Shown here piece after piece: positions 1-16,474 of a stretch of DNA of 64,000 nt. Within the stretch, counting starts at the first letter, position 1. Each line of letters begins with the position of its first letter. The stretch lies in the NCBI RefSeq assembly GCF_009914755.1, contig NC_060936.1. The stretch is one strand, 5' to 3'. This DNA is from the human T2T-CHM13v2.0 reference genome, Homo sapiens. Under the pieces are notes generated by a model. The model did no database searches, was not told the origin of the DNA, and saw only the letters and a list, made by a program, of their open reading frames with translations. Both the position numbers and the translations under genes were made by a program.

Positions 1-333
<333 letters not shown>

Positions 334-483
334 TAAAGTTATTTATATCAGTGCTTTATTCTGCCACTCCATTTGGTGAGGTTGTTTTACGTATTTGTAA
401 TATAGTCATGTTCTTTTATTCCATTTAATAATTATCCTGGAATTCCCTCAACCCTAAATGATTTTTAAAGCATTGGAATACTT

Positions 484-2460
<1,977 letters not shown>

Positions 2461-2525
2461 GGGAAGGAAGACGTAATATTTCAACAAGTAAAGAGAACAT
2501 TAAAGTCTTGGACAACAGTCTAGGA

Positions 2526-2744
2526 CAGGGAACGCCAAACTTTTTCTGTAAATGATCAGATAGATACTTATACTTCTGGCTTATGGGTCAGATGATCTCT
2601 GTCATAGCTCCTCGTCTTACTTTTTTTTTTTCAAAGCAGCCATAGGCCATACATAAATGAATGAGTTGATTAAACTGTAAAATTCATTTACAAAAATAGG
2701 CAGTGGGCCAAATTTGGCCCATGGACTTTGTTTACAGACCTCTT
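2526..2744. mobile_element. MER58-like hAT-Charlie MITE
   Basis: cagggaacgccaaactttttctgtaaa...ggcagtgggccaaatttggccc. 8-bp hAT-type TSD gtctagga / gtttagaa. Confidence 0.75.
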
Positions 2745-3304
2745 GTTTAGAACAATAATGTAAACAAAGTTGAAGGGGAAGAAATTCACAAATGCTATTT
2801 TTGAAATAACTAAGTAGGACATGTTGGCTAGGATAATGGGTAGGAGAAAATAAAGAGTAAGATTGAACAGAAATCTGTGAACAGATACTGTAAATTCTTG
2901 GGAAAAGTTGAGGGCATAGAATTTATTATGTTAACAAACAACATTCAAATATAACTAATTAAATATTTATCATTAAATAATAATATAACAATGTAAAGGG
3001 CATGTTAAAAACTGACCATAATATCATTTCTTTAATGCAGTGACTCTGTGCATTTTTGCATGTTCCCTGTGTGTTCCCAGAGCTTTCTGACTTTCTCACA
3101 CTGCCTTACAGTAATCTGTTTATAGGCCACCTGCTCCCCTGCATGGAGACTGAGAGCTTCTAGGAGGCAAAGAGTTTAACTGTTTCTGTATCCGTGATAC
3201 TGATCACAGCATCTAGTACTTTAAAAAATTAAAATAAAATTAATATACATACATATATACATATATATACATATGTAGGTAAAAATGTATGTATATGTAT
3301 TACC

Positions 3305-3516
3305 TATGCTCTTTAAATTGGGGTTATCTTGATAAATCCATCATAATTCAAAAATATTGTATGTCAAAATGCATTTAATACCCTGATCAGTCCATCATAA
3401 AGTAAAAAATTCACAAGTTGAACTATTTTAAATCCAGATGCTTTTTAACGTACAATGGGGTTACAACCCACCCCCAAAAAACTATCATAAAGTCCAAAAA
3501 TGGTAAATCAAACCAT
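3305..3516 (+). mobile_element. MER47/Tigger5-family TcMar DNA transposon remnant
   Basis: ggggttatcttgataaatccatcata...aaaatgcatttaatacc and the internal repeat cagatgct...tacaatggggttaca resemble the MER47 consensus. Confidence 0.6.
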
Positions 3517-5577
3517 ATATATGCATGTCTATATATACATATTTATGCAAATGTGTATAGTTTTTTTACAGGAGCGATGCCTACTTATGGTTAAAAACTA
3601 GCAATAAAGAAATATACGAAATCAAAAGTAAAAGGTCTTCATAACACGAAGACAGTATTATTAAGAATTTATATATACTCTCAGACACTTTTTTCTGTTC
3701 ATCCTAACTTCATGTCCATATAATATTTAAAAATATGCTAACCAAATTTTACACAAAATATATTTTGTGTATTTGAGTTCAATATAGCATAGTAAGCATA
3801 ATTTGTTATCAAATAGTGAGTGTAATTATTTTTCTCATGTCTGCATCAAAATTCATTGAACTGATAAGCCCTAATTAACTTAATGATTCTTCTATTATAG
3901 AGCACTTAGGTTCCTTCCAATTTTTACAATTATTAATAAAGCTTCACCAAGAGTCTTTAAGGCTATAGCTGTAAATAAATGGAATTAGTATTTTAAAATA
4001 CATTTCCAAGAATAAGGTTAGTGAATACAAATATATATATACCAAGTTATATCATCACCAGTTATGCAAATGTGACTTCCTTATACTAATATCAACATTG
4101 CATATATATGTATATGTATACACACATGCAAATGTACACAAATATATATATTTAAATTGATCAATTTATTTAAGTAAAATTATACCTGATTATTGCTTCT
4201 TCTTCTTGTGCTTATTTGATTAATAATGTATACTATTTTATAATGAATTGATTTCTTATTTGTGTTTTTTATATCATTATCCCATTTCTTTATTGCTCTT
4301 TATATTATGTTCATATAAATGTGAATGTACTCTTCATACACTACAGTGTTAACCCTTTTTATGTACATGATTAAGAGTTTTACCATTTGACATCCTGTAA
4401 GTGATGTTTTTATTATATTCCTTAAAGTCTTTTACATTGTATTCTTATTGTATGTTTCTGAATAGTGATTTGCTGTATTCCTGACCTACTTCCTCACTAA
4501 TTTGATACTAGGGGACTATAAATTTATCTTCAATTGTTTGAGTTTTTGTTTGATTGTTGTTTATAGATATATTGTCGTATTACTTTAAATATACATAACA
4601 GTCAGGAAAAATACTCTGCGATATTTCTGATTTTATGCATTAATCTAATCTTATTTTTATATTATTATATGACAAATTTTGACAAATACTATTTGGTCAC
4701 TAAAGGTAATGTCTATTAATTATCTTATGTAGGAGAATATTGTTAATTTAATTTTTATCTGATTTTACCACTTTGATCAATCAGAATGATAAGAGATCTA
4801 AAATAGTCAAAATCTTTCACTTCAATTGTCTTTTCATATACATTTTTAACGATCCATTTATTCCTATTTTATGCACATTTAGCATTGTTTGGTATAACTA
4901 GATGTAATGTTTCTATGTTTTAATTGGTGCTTATTTTCTGCTCATAACATTATTTTAAAATATATAAACCACAAATTTTGGAACATAGAACTTGAAAATC
5001 CTAAATATATCTACCCCTAGAGAAAACCAGTGTTAACCATTTGGCATACAGTTCTTTGTTTCTGTTTCTTTTAAATGTACATAGTAATGTTTGTAGAGCT
5101 ACAAACATTTGTTTGTTTTCTACAAACAAAACTGGGTCTATATTCAACATGCTCATTTCTTTTAATTGCAGTAACATTTATATATGTACAATGTAGAAAT
5201 CTTAAAAGTACAATCCTGTGCATTTTGATGAATGTCTATGCAACTGTGTAACCAATATTCCTGTAAAGATTTGCGGTCAACTGACTTTTAATAGAAGTGC
5301 CATAATTTCAACAGGTTCACTTGTGGCAAGTAAATCTCTCCCCACATACTCTAATTTATGCTAACATAGATAATATTGCCTATACTTTAATTTCATGTAA
5401 ATACTATTATACAGTACGTATACATTTGATCTGATTTGTTTCACTCCAATGTTGTTTTTGAGATGCATATATATTGTATGTAGCATGTGTCGGAAACTCA
5501 TTTTTCCTATTGTTGGAAATGATTACACCAGTGATATAAAATGATATTTACCCATTGCTCTGACAAAGGATATATGA

Positions 5578-5879
<302 letters not shown>

Positions 5880-6424
5880 TAAGTTTGGCTATCAAAATCA
5901 TTAGGAAAAAAGTAACTGCCAAAGTATTTTTCTCATAATGATTATAACATGTTACCCTTTCATCTCCAACATATAAGTATTCTCTTGTTCCACATCCAAG
6001 ACAACTTTTGATATTGGCAATTATTTTATTATAATTATAGTAAGATACATATAGCATAAAATTTACCATTAGTGACATTTAGTACATTCACAATGTTGTA
6101 TAACTATCGCTGCTATCTAGTGCCAGAGTATTTTCATTATTCCAAAGGAAAACCCCATACCCATTAATGAGTAACTTTGTCTCCTTCTCACTCTAGATAA
6201 CAATTGATTCTGTTTTCTGTTTCTGTGTAATTTTGGCAGTTTCTAATTTTAGCTCTTCTAATAATGAAGTGACAGCTTTAAATTTTCATGTGTTTTTTTT
6301 TTTGGTGAATAATGATTTTAAATACCCTTTCTTATGCGTATTGGCCATTTGTATATGTACTTGTATAAAGTGTGTGAGTAGTTCAATTAGTTTGGATACA
6401 AGTTATGGGGCAGGTCAAGTATAT

Positions 6425-6932
6425 CAGGGGTCACCAAACACTGGGCCACAGACCAGTCCATGACCTGTTAGCAACTCGGCCACACAGCAGGAGGTGAGCC
6501 ATGGAGGAGCAAAGGTTCATCTGTATTTAAAACTGCTCCCTATCTCTCATATCACTACCTGAGTTCCACCTCCTGTTAGATCAGCAGCAGCATTAGATTC
6601 TCATAGGAGCGTGAACCCTGTTGTGAACTGTACATGCAAAGGATCTAGGTTGAATGGTCCTTATAAGAATCTAATGCCTGATGATCTGTCAGTCTCCCAT
6701 CACCCCCAGATAGTTGCAGGAAGAAAAGCTCAGGTCTCCTATGGATTCTAAATTATGGTGAGTTATATAATTATTTCATTATACATTACAACATAATAAT
6801 AATAGAAATAAAGTGCCCAATAAATATAATATGTTTGAATCATCCCAAAACCATTCCCCCACTGCCCAGATCTGTGGAAAAATTATCCTCCACAAAACCG
6901 GTCCCTGGTGCCAAAAAGGTTAGGGACCACTG
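6425..6932 (+). mobile_element. MER1A hAT-Charlie non-autonomous element
   Basis: Termini caggggtcaccaaac...aaaaaggttagggaccactg; internal cacacagcaggaggtgagc and gagcgtgaaccctgttgtgaactg; ~510 bp; 8-bp TSD aagtatat / aaatatat. Confidence 0.88.
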
Positions 6933-7149
6933 AAATATATGTATTGAGACTATTATCTCTAAGTTTGTAGCTTATACACATTTTTCATATCTTCTGATGA
7001 ACAAAAGTTTTAATTTTGATATAGTCTAATTTTTCCTTTTTTAAGATTATTGCTTTTTGTGTCTTCTCTAAGAAATATTTGCCCATCCCAAGATCATGAA
7101 GATACTCTACATTTCCTTCTAGAATTAAGAAGTATTTCATATATAAATT

Positions 7150-8905
7150 TTAAAATCTCACAAAATTGTTAAAATATTGATACTAGCCAAAGTGATCTAT
7201 AGATTCAATACAATTCTTATCAAAACATCTATGATATTTTCACAGAAGTAGAAAAAAATTCTAAAATTGATATGGAATCACAAAAGACCCTGAATAGCCA
7301 ATGCAAATTTGAGTAAAAATAACAAAGCTAGAGGCATCACACGGCCTGGCTTCAAAATACACTACAAAGCTATATAACCAAAATAGCTTCTTAGTACTGG
7401 CATGAAAATGGACACATAAACTAATGGGACACAATAAAGAACCTAAAAATAAATCCACAGATTTACAGCCAACTGACTTGTAACAAAAGTGCAAAGAATA
7501 CACAATGGAGAAAGGGCCGTGGCTTCAATAAATAGTGTTGGAAAAACTGGAAATGCACCTGCAGAAGAATGAGATTAAACCTTTATCTTACACCATATAC
7601 AAAAATCAACTCAAAATGGATGTCTTACATTTAAGAGCCAAAGCTTTAAGTCTATTAGAATAAAACATAGCTGAAAAGCTCCGTGACATGTGTCTAGGCA
7701 ATGATTTTTTTGGATATGACCCCAAAAACACAGGCAACAAAAGCAAAAATAGACAAATGGAATTACATTGAACTAAAAAGCTTCTGCACAGCAAAGGAAA
7801 CAATCAACTGAGTGAAAAGACAGCCTACACAATGCGAGAAAATACAAGCCGTACATATGATAAGTGGTTAATATGCAAAATATAGAAAAAACTCAATTCA
7901 ATAGCAAGAAAACAATCTGATTTTAAAATGGGCAAAGGTCCTGAACAGATTTTTCAAAAGAGGATACACAAATGTCCAGCAGGTATTTGGAAAAAATGCT
8001 CATCGTCAGGAAAATAGAAATTAAAACCATAATGAAATATCACCTTTCTCCAGGTAGAACAGCTATTATCTAAAAGACAAAAGATAAATGTTGGAGAAAA
8101 TGCGAAGAAATGGGAATTCATGCACACTGTTGGTGAGAATATAAATTAACACAGTCATTATGGAAAACAATATGGAAGTTCCTCAATAAACCAAAATTAG
8201 AACTAACATATAATCCGGCAATCCCATATGGGTATTTATCCAAAGGAAATAAAATAATCATGTTGTGGATATATCTGCACTCCCATGTTTGTTGCAGCAT
8301 TATTCACAATAGCCAACATATGGAATCAACCTAAAATATCCATCAACAGATGAATGAAGAAAATATGGTATACATACACAATGGAATACTATTCAGCTAA
8401 GAAAAAGAAAATTCTCTCATTTGGGGCAGCAATGATGAACCTGGAGGACATTATGTCAAGTGAAATAAGCCAGACAGAGAAAAACAAATATTGTATGATT
8501 TCACATGTATGTTGATTCTAAAAAAGTAGAACTCATAGAGGTAGAGAGTAGAATGGTGATTAACAGGGATTTGGATGGTGGTGGGAGAGGAGGTTTGGAA
8601 GATGTTAGTCAAAAGTTACAAAGTTTCAGGAAGATAGAAGGAGTAAGTTCAAGAGATTTATTGTACAGCATGGTGACTATAGTTAAGAACAATGTATTAT
8701 ATTTTGTATTCCAATTTTTTAAATTATGTATTGTAATCTCAAAAAATTTTAAGGGAGGTCTTATGTTCTCACCACAAAAATTATAACTATGTGAGGTAAT
8801 GTATATTTTAATTAGCTTGACTTAGCCATTCCCCAATGTATACATTTTTCAAAATATCACGTTGTTCACAGAAAATATACAATCTGTCATTTTCAAAATA
8901 AAATG
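7150..8905 (+). mobile_element. L1MA-type 3' ORF2 plus 3'UTR
   Basis: Sense ORF2 motifs (atagattcaatacaattc, ctcccatgtttgttgcagcattattcacaatagcc) and an L1MA 3'UTR (tacagcatggtgactatagttaa...atgtgaggtaatg). Confidence 0.85.
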
Positions 8906-8949
8906 AAACTTACAATAGTGTAGTTCCAATTACTCTATTCTCTTCTTTA

Positions 8950-10240
8950 TGTTGTTGTTATGATTTACCTCTACAAAGTTTACAAACTTTACAATAATAC
9001 CCTTTTTATTTTTTAGTCAATTGACTTTTGAAGAAATCAAGAGAAGAAAAAATATATATTCCTTCATATTTACCCACATATTTGCCACTCTGGTGGTCTT
9101 CATTCTTCCTGCAGATCTGAAATTCTATCTGGTATCAGTAACTTTCAGTCTAAAATATTTTCTTTAGCATATTTTGAAGTGTATATTCATTAGTAACTAA
9201 TTTTCTCATCTTTTGTTTATCTGGAAATTTTAATTTTCATCCTCATCTTTGAGAGATATACATACAACATTTTGTTATATGTTGTTGTATATATGTTATA
9301 TGTTGTTATATGTTGTTATAGTACATACAACATTTTGGGGTTTTGACTGTTTTGTTAGTATTTTTGTTCCAGCACTTTAAAGATATCATCACATAATGAT
9401 ATTACATAGACAATATCACTCCACTATCTTCTAGCCTCCATTTTTCCTACCAATGAAAAGTCTGCTGTCATGATATTCATATTTTTCTATATTTGATGTA
9501 TGTTTTCCTTTATACTTAATTTTCAAAAATGGACTAAGATACAGTATGTGTGGTTTTCTTTGTATTTATCCTTCTTAGAGTTCACCAAGCTTATTTATCT
9601 ACAAGTTGATATTTTGCCCTGAAATTAGAGAAATTTCTGATATTATTTCTTCGAATATATTTTTCTTTCCCATTCTCTCTCTATTTTCTTTCTTGGACTC
9701 CAGCATGCAATGGTAAACTGGCTGATATTGCCTTATGGTTACTGAAGCTGTATTCCTTTGTTTTTCAACCTTTCTTTCCTCAGATCTTGTCATGGAATTA
9801 TTTTTGTTTGTCTTTGAATTCTGACCTTTTATTTTTTAGTCTCAAGTTTGTTGTTATATTCATTTAGAACATTTTAAAATTGTCAGATATTATAATTTTA
9901 GTATTAAAATTTTCATTTGGTTCTTGTTTCCTATTTCTCTATTGAGATTTTCTATATATTAATTATTTATATCTTTTATGTAAATCACTGAACATATTAC
10001 TACTAGTTACAGTGAAGTCTTTGTCTGCTAATTCCAGCATCTAGGTCATCCTGAAGGTCTGTTTTTATTAACTGTCACCTTCATTTCTGGCCACATACTC
10101 TTGTTTCTTTATACTTCTAATATTATTTGTTTTAAATTATATTCTGGACACTGTGGTTGATGTGCTGTAGAGAATCTGAATGTTGTCTTCCTTAAAGAAT
10201 ATCATATTTTGTTTATTTGGACAAATCAATTACTGTAACA
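8950..10240 (-). mobile_element. Ancient L1M 5'/ORF1-region fragments, antisense
   Basis: Degenerate motifs ttccagcactttaaagat, ttctagcctcca, aagtctgctgtca, gaagtctttgtctgctaattcca. Confidence 0.55.
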
Positions 10241-13200
10241 CTACTTTATCAATTACACAAATTGATAAGCCACAAATTTGTCTATGAGACTCCTAGTAAA
10301 CAGAGGAAAGAAGAACAGTGAACACAGTATCAATAATGCTAAAAGAAAATCCATATATTTAGGAGAGATAATTATTTTTGACTTGCCAGAATGGTGTGTG
10401 TGTGTTTTATTTTTCCTTCTTTGTGCATATTCTCCACAGCTCTCAGCCAAGTACATAAAGGGACCTCTATCAGAGTTCTGTGTCCATCTCTCTGTCCAGC
10501 TGTCTCCTCTTTGGTACCTTACCCAGTACATTCCAGACACCTCAGCAGCATTTCCAACATCTGCCTCTTCAACTTAGCAAGACTTCTGTGCTCTACTTCA
10601 TTTCTATATCCTTGTAGCACCATCTAGAAAGAGATCACAGGTAGAAAGCAAGGGTAAATGTGCAGTTCACCTCATGTGTCTCTCTTCTTTTGAGAATTAG
10701 AGTTTTTAACTTCTGAGGCTTAATGCCTGTCGAGTATTTTATCCAGATTTGGAGTTGGTTGTAGAAGAAAGGGAAGTCTAGAAGTCAGAGAAGTCTTGAC
10801 TGTGGAACTTTGATCAGTTTACAATAACACTGTGTTACGAAATGATTATAGTTTATATTCATAACAATATTGCTCTCTCTATCCTTCAATATTTTTGTTC
10901 CAAAACATATTTACCTCAATTTTTAGCCTTGTATATGTTTTCATATTTTTCTGTGAAGCATATTGTTTGTTAAAAATCAATTTAGAAAGCGCTTGAAGGG
11001 CTGTAATTATATTCTGTTGCAATAAAATGGTAAAAAATATTGAATATGAGTGGGAAGTTACAAAATTAGGATAACTTTGGAAGTAGTGTTAAAGGGACTG
11101 TTATAACAAAAATCTAGTGAAGACAATATAGTGTGTAGGTTACTTCAAGGTCTAAATAAGATAATGACATGGAAATGGAAAAAATTAGATGGTAAGAGAT
11201 AGGGAAGTTCTGATGACTCAGTGTACAGTATTTCAAAAATCTCTTTTTTGTATATGTTACAGAATTATAAACACTGACATACAATAAAATAGATTACTAA
11301 ATCAAAGATAATAAAAAATAAAATTAAAGTCAAATTGCTCAAATCCTAGATCACATGTTCAAGGACCACAGATTTGCCTATGAGATTCTCAGTAAACAAA
11401 GAAAAGAAGAAAAGGGAACACAGTATCCATAATGCTAAAAGAAAATCTATATATTTAGGAGAGCATCATTAATTTATTAGTTAGATAGTTTATTTTTTTC
11501 CCACCACTTAAGAGAAATTTCTCTGGTGAGTTCTACCAAAAGTAACATATTTCAGGATATTCTGTAACACCTTTATTTTAACCACAAAGATACAGTTTGT
11601 TCAAGTCACAAAATTACATATTCTGATGTGTGGGGATAATGTTCTTTCCTTCACCTTGCTCATCCACTCCAAAAGAAGTATATTCACAAATATTGTGTTT
11701 TATTATAAAAAGATTGGGTGGTATAGTGTTCTTGATCTGCAATCCTTTTCCTTGATATTACTCATCAGTGTTCTTTAACTATTTTTGCATTTTTAATCAT
11801 AGTAATTCTTTCTTCTACATGTAATTCTGTATAACATGCAGGTATATAACTGAATAAATGAATGAATGAATGAAATAGGAGAAAGAAAAATATACTAGTT
11901 CTAGATGATAGCCTTCTATGTTGGAAATCAAAACCTATTTGTTGCAATAACATCCAACTACCAGTGTGCCAATTGGCCAAGTGGGAGATTTAGGAGCAGT
12001 AATCTTCTAGAAAATACTGGATCAAGGCTTATAATTGACCTTTTTGATATTTGTTAGAGTTCAGTCTTCTTGCGTTCCGTCTTTCTTTAGACTCCAAAAT
12101 GTTGGATCTATGCTAATCTCAACAGGAACTTTTCAGCCCTAGCCTTTCCAGATATAAGAGATATTTGCATAGTGTGAACTTTATATTGATTCTTAGGATT
12201 CCTCAGATAAATGTCACTGATGTATTTAAAAATGAATAAAATTCATCTCATAAAACTGACATGGAAAATTAAAGAAAAAATGTGATTTTCCTTAATTCTA
12301 AACTTAAAAGTGACTGTCTTATAACAACAAGAAAAAATTTAAAACTTCCTATTTCTATATATCTTTGGTCGTGATCCTTAAATAAATAATCCTTCATTGG
12401 AAAACAGTAAGAATATTGATTTTGATTATTTTATTTGTCCATGTACTTCCTTCTTTATTTTACTATCTATCACACATGAGTATGAGTTGTCATTATGACA
12501 ACTCAAATTAGAAACAGCAAAAAGAGATCAGGTAAAAAAGGGGATGAAGGATTTTAGTTTTGGTTGAATTAAATAAATGTGATTGCTGAGCCATTTATCA
12601 TCTGACTTATTGGTAGGAAGAATTATATGAAAACATTTCATAAAATATAAATAATTTTGAATGTATGATCAATAATCCTACTTTGTCAAGGATTTTTTTT
12701 TTTACTATACTACTGGATATTTTATTTGTCACTGGATATTTCTAAATGAGATTATTTTAGAAATTTTAATTTCATGCCTCTTTGATAGATATTTATATTA
12801 GTAATATATATAATGTTAATTAGGCAACTGTTTTTCCTATTTCCTGGAAGATTATATTAACTTTTTTATTTAAAACAGTTTAAAAAGCTATTAATCAAAT
12901 GATCTGGGGATGTAGCTTGTTTTGGTTATAATTCTTCACAACTTATTTACATACTTAATTATTATTGATTCATTTTGTTTTGTTTCTTCTGTCAGTTATG
13001 GTCATTTATATCTTCCTAGAAAATTACTGATTTAATATGCATGTTTTCGTGTATCATAATAGAATGGTGTTCTGAAAACTTGGTTTCTTGAGATATTAGA
13101 TTCGGGAATTGTTAATAGATATGCCAAGAAAAAGTATTCATTAGTAAAGTAGATTAAACAGCCATATAAGTCAGCAGTGTGCATTCACTATCAATTTTTC

Positions 13201-14164
13201 TAATTAGCCCTGGAATCAAAATACATCCCTATTTTTGTTTACCCTGGTATTTTTCAAACAGACAGTGAGACTTTTACCACCCATACACAAACATACTTAT
13301 AAATATGCTGTAAAGCAGTGCTTTGTGCAGTAATGGTTTAGAAACACTAGCATATGGATACAAAAAGTGGTCATCTATATCCATTTATCTTTTATTATGT
13401 ATCACCTTTGTAATTCCAAAACAGTAAGTGGACATTGCAAAATATGTATAAACATAAACATAAATAAAGTTAGTAAAAGTCTTCATTTGTCTCTTTTAAT
13501 TTGAACCTCATTTTATAAAAATTTTGAATAGAATGATTGTCTGATTCTTCTTAATTATTAGGTAGTATATAATTTAATCATATAAATCATATGCATTTTT
13601 ATAGTTTTTAAAGATTATTTTGATTTTTATTTGAAATAATCATTTGGACTGTTTCTTAATTTAACAGTGGGTGATTTCTCATTTAAAATTTTGCCATTAA
13701 CATTCAGTTTGTTTATCTGTAATTGGAAATTATGCCTGTATAAACCTGACTTTAGGTACTTGTGGAAGTATTCTGTGTAGTCTGGTATATAATCAGATTT
13801 TATAATATGTAATCTTATGTATAATCAGATTATTTGATGTTTGCAAAAATATATAGTCATTTGTTGTAAAGTAAAATAGTCCATATGAATTCTTATATTA
13901 ATAACGTATTCATTACACAATATTCATTCATTTTAAAATTCACATGAAAATACCAAGGTTGAAATTTCCAGTTGAACACATTAAATAAATAGTAGCATAA
14001 AGAAATTAAAGGTGTTTGCAAATAAATATTATAATTGATAATAATTCCTTTATTTTAAACTTCTGTTGATCAATTTATTTTTGCCTAATTAGTCTGCATA
14101 AAATTTGAATGGTATTTTGCACAATTCAAGTACACTTATTCAATGTTTATTGAATTTATAGTGA

Positions 14165-14471
<307 letters not shown>

Positions 14472-14489
14472 AGTTTTTACTTTGGGTTG

Positions 14490-15334
14490 AGTCATTCATT
14501 CATTCAACAAATATTTACTGAATATCTACTATATTCCAGGTATTTTTCTAGGTACTGTCAATATATTAGTTAGACAAAAATCGAAAGTCCTTGCTCTCAT
14601 GAAACTCGTTTTCTAGCATCTCAATATCATCTTTGGTGCTGTGATAGGGTTTGACAGTAAAAGATAATGAAAGGTATGTATTAATTTTGCCTTTTTTATT
14701 ACTAAACCTATTCAGTATAAATAGGCAACTTAGAATATTTGTACTTGTATGCAAGTTTGTACTTGCCTGGCATAATTTTTTCCATAGCTGGAATTTTTGT
14801 TTTACTTCTTCTTCTATTTCTTTATTGATTGCTCCTTTATAGAGAATATACCATTCTGATAGCCTAGATATTGTTTGCTCTATTTTTACATTTATGTCTT
14901 GTCTTCACTAACTAGGTATTGTTGCATAGCCTGGGACAAGCAGTTTTTTCAATTCCTGAAAATAAAGTGGTATACAATATAGCCAAGATTCCCGCTCTCC
15001 TGAAATATGCCTTCAAGTGGAGAGAGACAGACTATATTTTAGATATTTCTAAGTCCTATGGAGATAATAAAGGCAGTCGAATAGGATAAAGGTGATATGG
15101 GATATTCTAGATAAGTGAGCAAAGAAGGATTTTCTGAGTAGGTGGCATTTGCTAATTTCTGAATGAAGATCCTGTCATGCAAAGATTTAAGAGAAAAATA
15201 TTCTAGGGAGTAGCAAGAGAATGTACATTAGATTCAGGAATTGGAGAAAAAGCCATTGTAGCTGAAGTGTATGGAGCAAGTGGGAGTGAAGGTAGAGGGT
15301 ATATAGGATTCAGATTACTTAAAGGCTTTGGATT
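14490..15334 (-). mobile_element. L2 fragments
   Basis: tcattcattcattcaacaaatatttactga (L2 3' end, antisense), ccttgctctcatgaaactc, and purine-rich L2 body further right. Patchy. Confidence 0.55.
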
Positions 15335-15842
15335 TGTAGAGTGGGCTAAGTATGTAACACAATGTTAAAATAAGACTGCGCATGAAGTCTGGCCTCAAAT
15401 CGAGAACAACAGTGTAAAGTATTGTTTTTCTAAGCAATAGAACTTGCTTGCAGGACATGCAAAGGAGGTATCCAAAATTGTCTGTGTCAACTATGAATGC
15501 ATCTCTCACCACAATATTATATAAGCAAAAGCCAAGAATTCCTTAGAGAGAGTGGTTTTTATGAAAAAAATAAGAAATTCTATGAAGAGAATGCTGGTTT
15601 CTTCCTCCATCTCCATAGACACAAGCCTGGCACATCCTCCCAGTCAAGTAAGAAAGCTTCTATGAGCATATTCAGAAAGATTGACAAGAATCCAAGGGCT
15701 GGAAAGGAACTACCACTGATGTCTGTGTCAAGCCCGAAAATACCTGAAGGCCAGAGGCTGGCTGGAAGGGCCTGGCCTGACAGAGGTGAGAAAGGTGTGT
15801 TGGAAATAGACTGAGGTTCAGAGTTCGGCAGGTAAAGACAGA

Positions 15843-16045
15843 GAACAATGAGAACACTTAGACACAGGATAGGGAATATCACACACCGGGGCCTGCTGTG
15901 GCGTTGGGGGGGTGGGGAGGGATAGCATTAAGAGAAATACCTAATGTAAATGTCGAGTTAATGGGTGCAGCACACCAACATGGCACATGTATACATTACA
16001 TATGTAACAAACCTGCACGTGCACATGTACCCTAGAACTTAAAGT
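15843..16045 (+). mobile_element. Heavily 5'-truncated L1PA 3'UTR (~200 bp)
   Basis: gaacaatgagaacac...gggatagcattaagagaaatacctaatg...catgtaccctagaacttaaagt. Confidence 0.92.
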
Positions 16046-16474
16046 GTATATATATATATATAGATAGATAGATACACACATATAAAAGATAGTACTTAAA
16101 GTATATATATATAAAGTATATATATAAAGTTTGTATATATATATATATACATATATATATATGTATACTTTATATATATATACAAACTTTATATATATAC
16201 TTTATATATATATACTTATATATATACTTTATATATAAGTATATATTTCTATATAAGTATATATATACTTATATATATACATTATTAAGTATATATATAC
16301 TTTATAATGTATATATATAAAAAGATAGTACTTAAAGTGTATGTGTATATATATACACACATATATATATAAGATTATAAGATAGTGTGTATATATATAT
16401 ACATATATATATACATACATATATACATATATATATGTGTATATATATATGTATATATATATAAAAGATAGTAC
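16046..16474. repeat. Complex (TA)n-rich expansion replacing the L1 poly(A) tail
   Basis: Alternating TA with interruptions and three copies of aaaagatagtac. Confidence 0.95.

Noticed and set aside
5086-5109. 11-bp-arm palindrome aatgtttgtag-ag-ctacaaacatt
   Set aside because: Short and isolated, within degenerate AT-rich repeat sequence; probably a local template-switch product with no further support.
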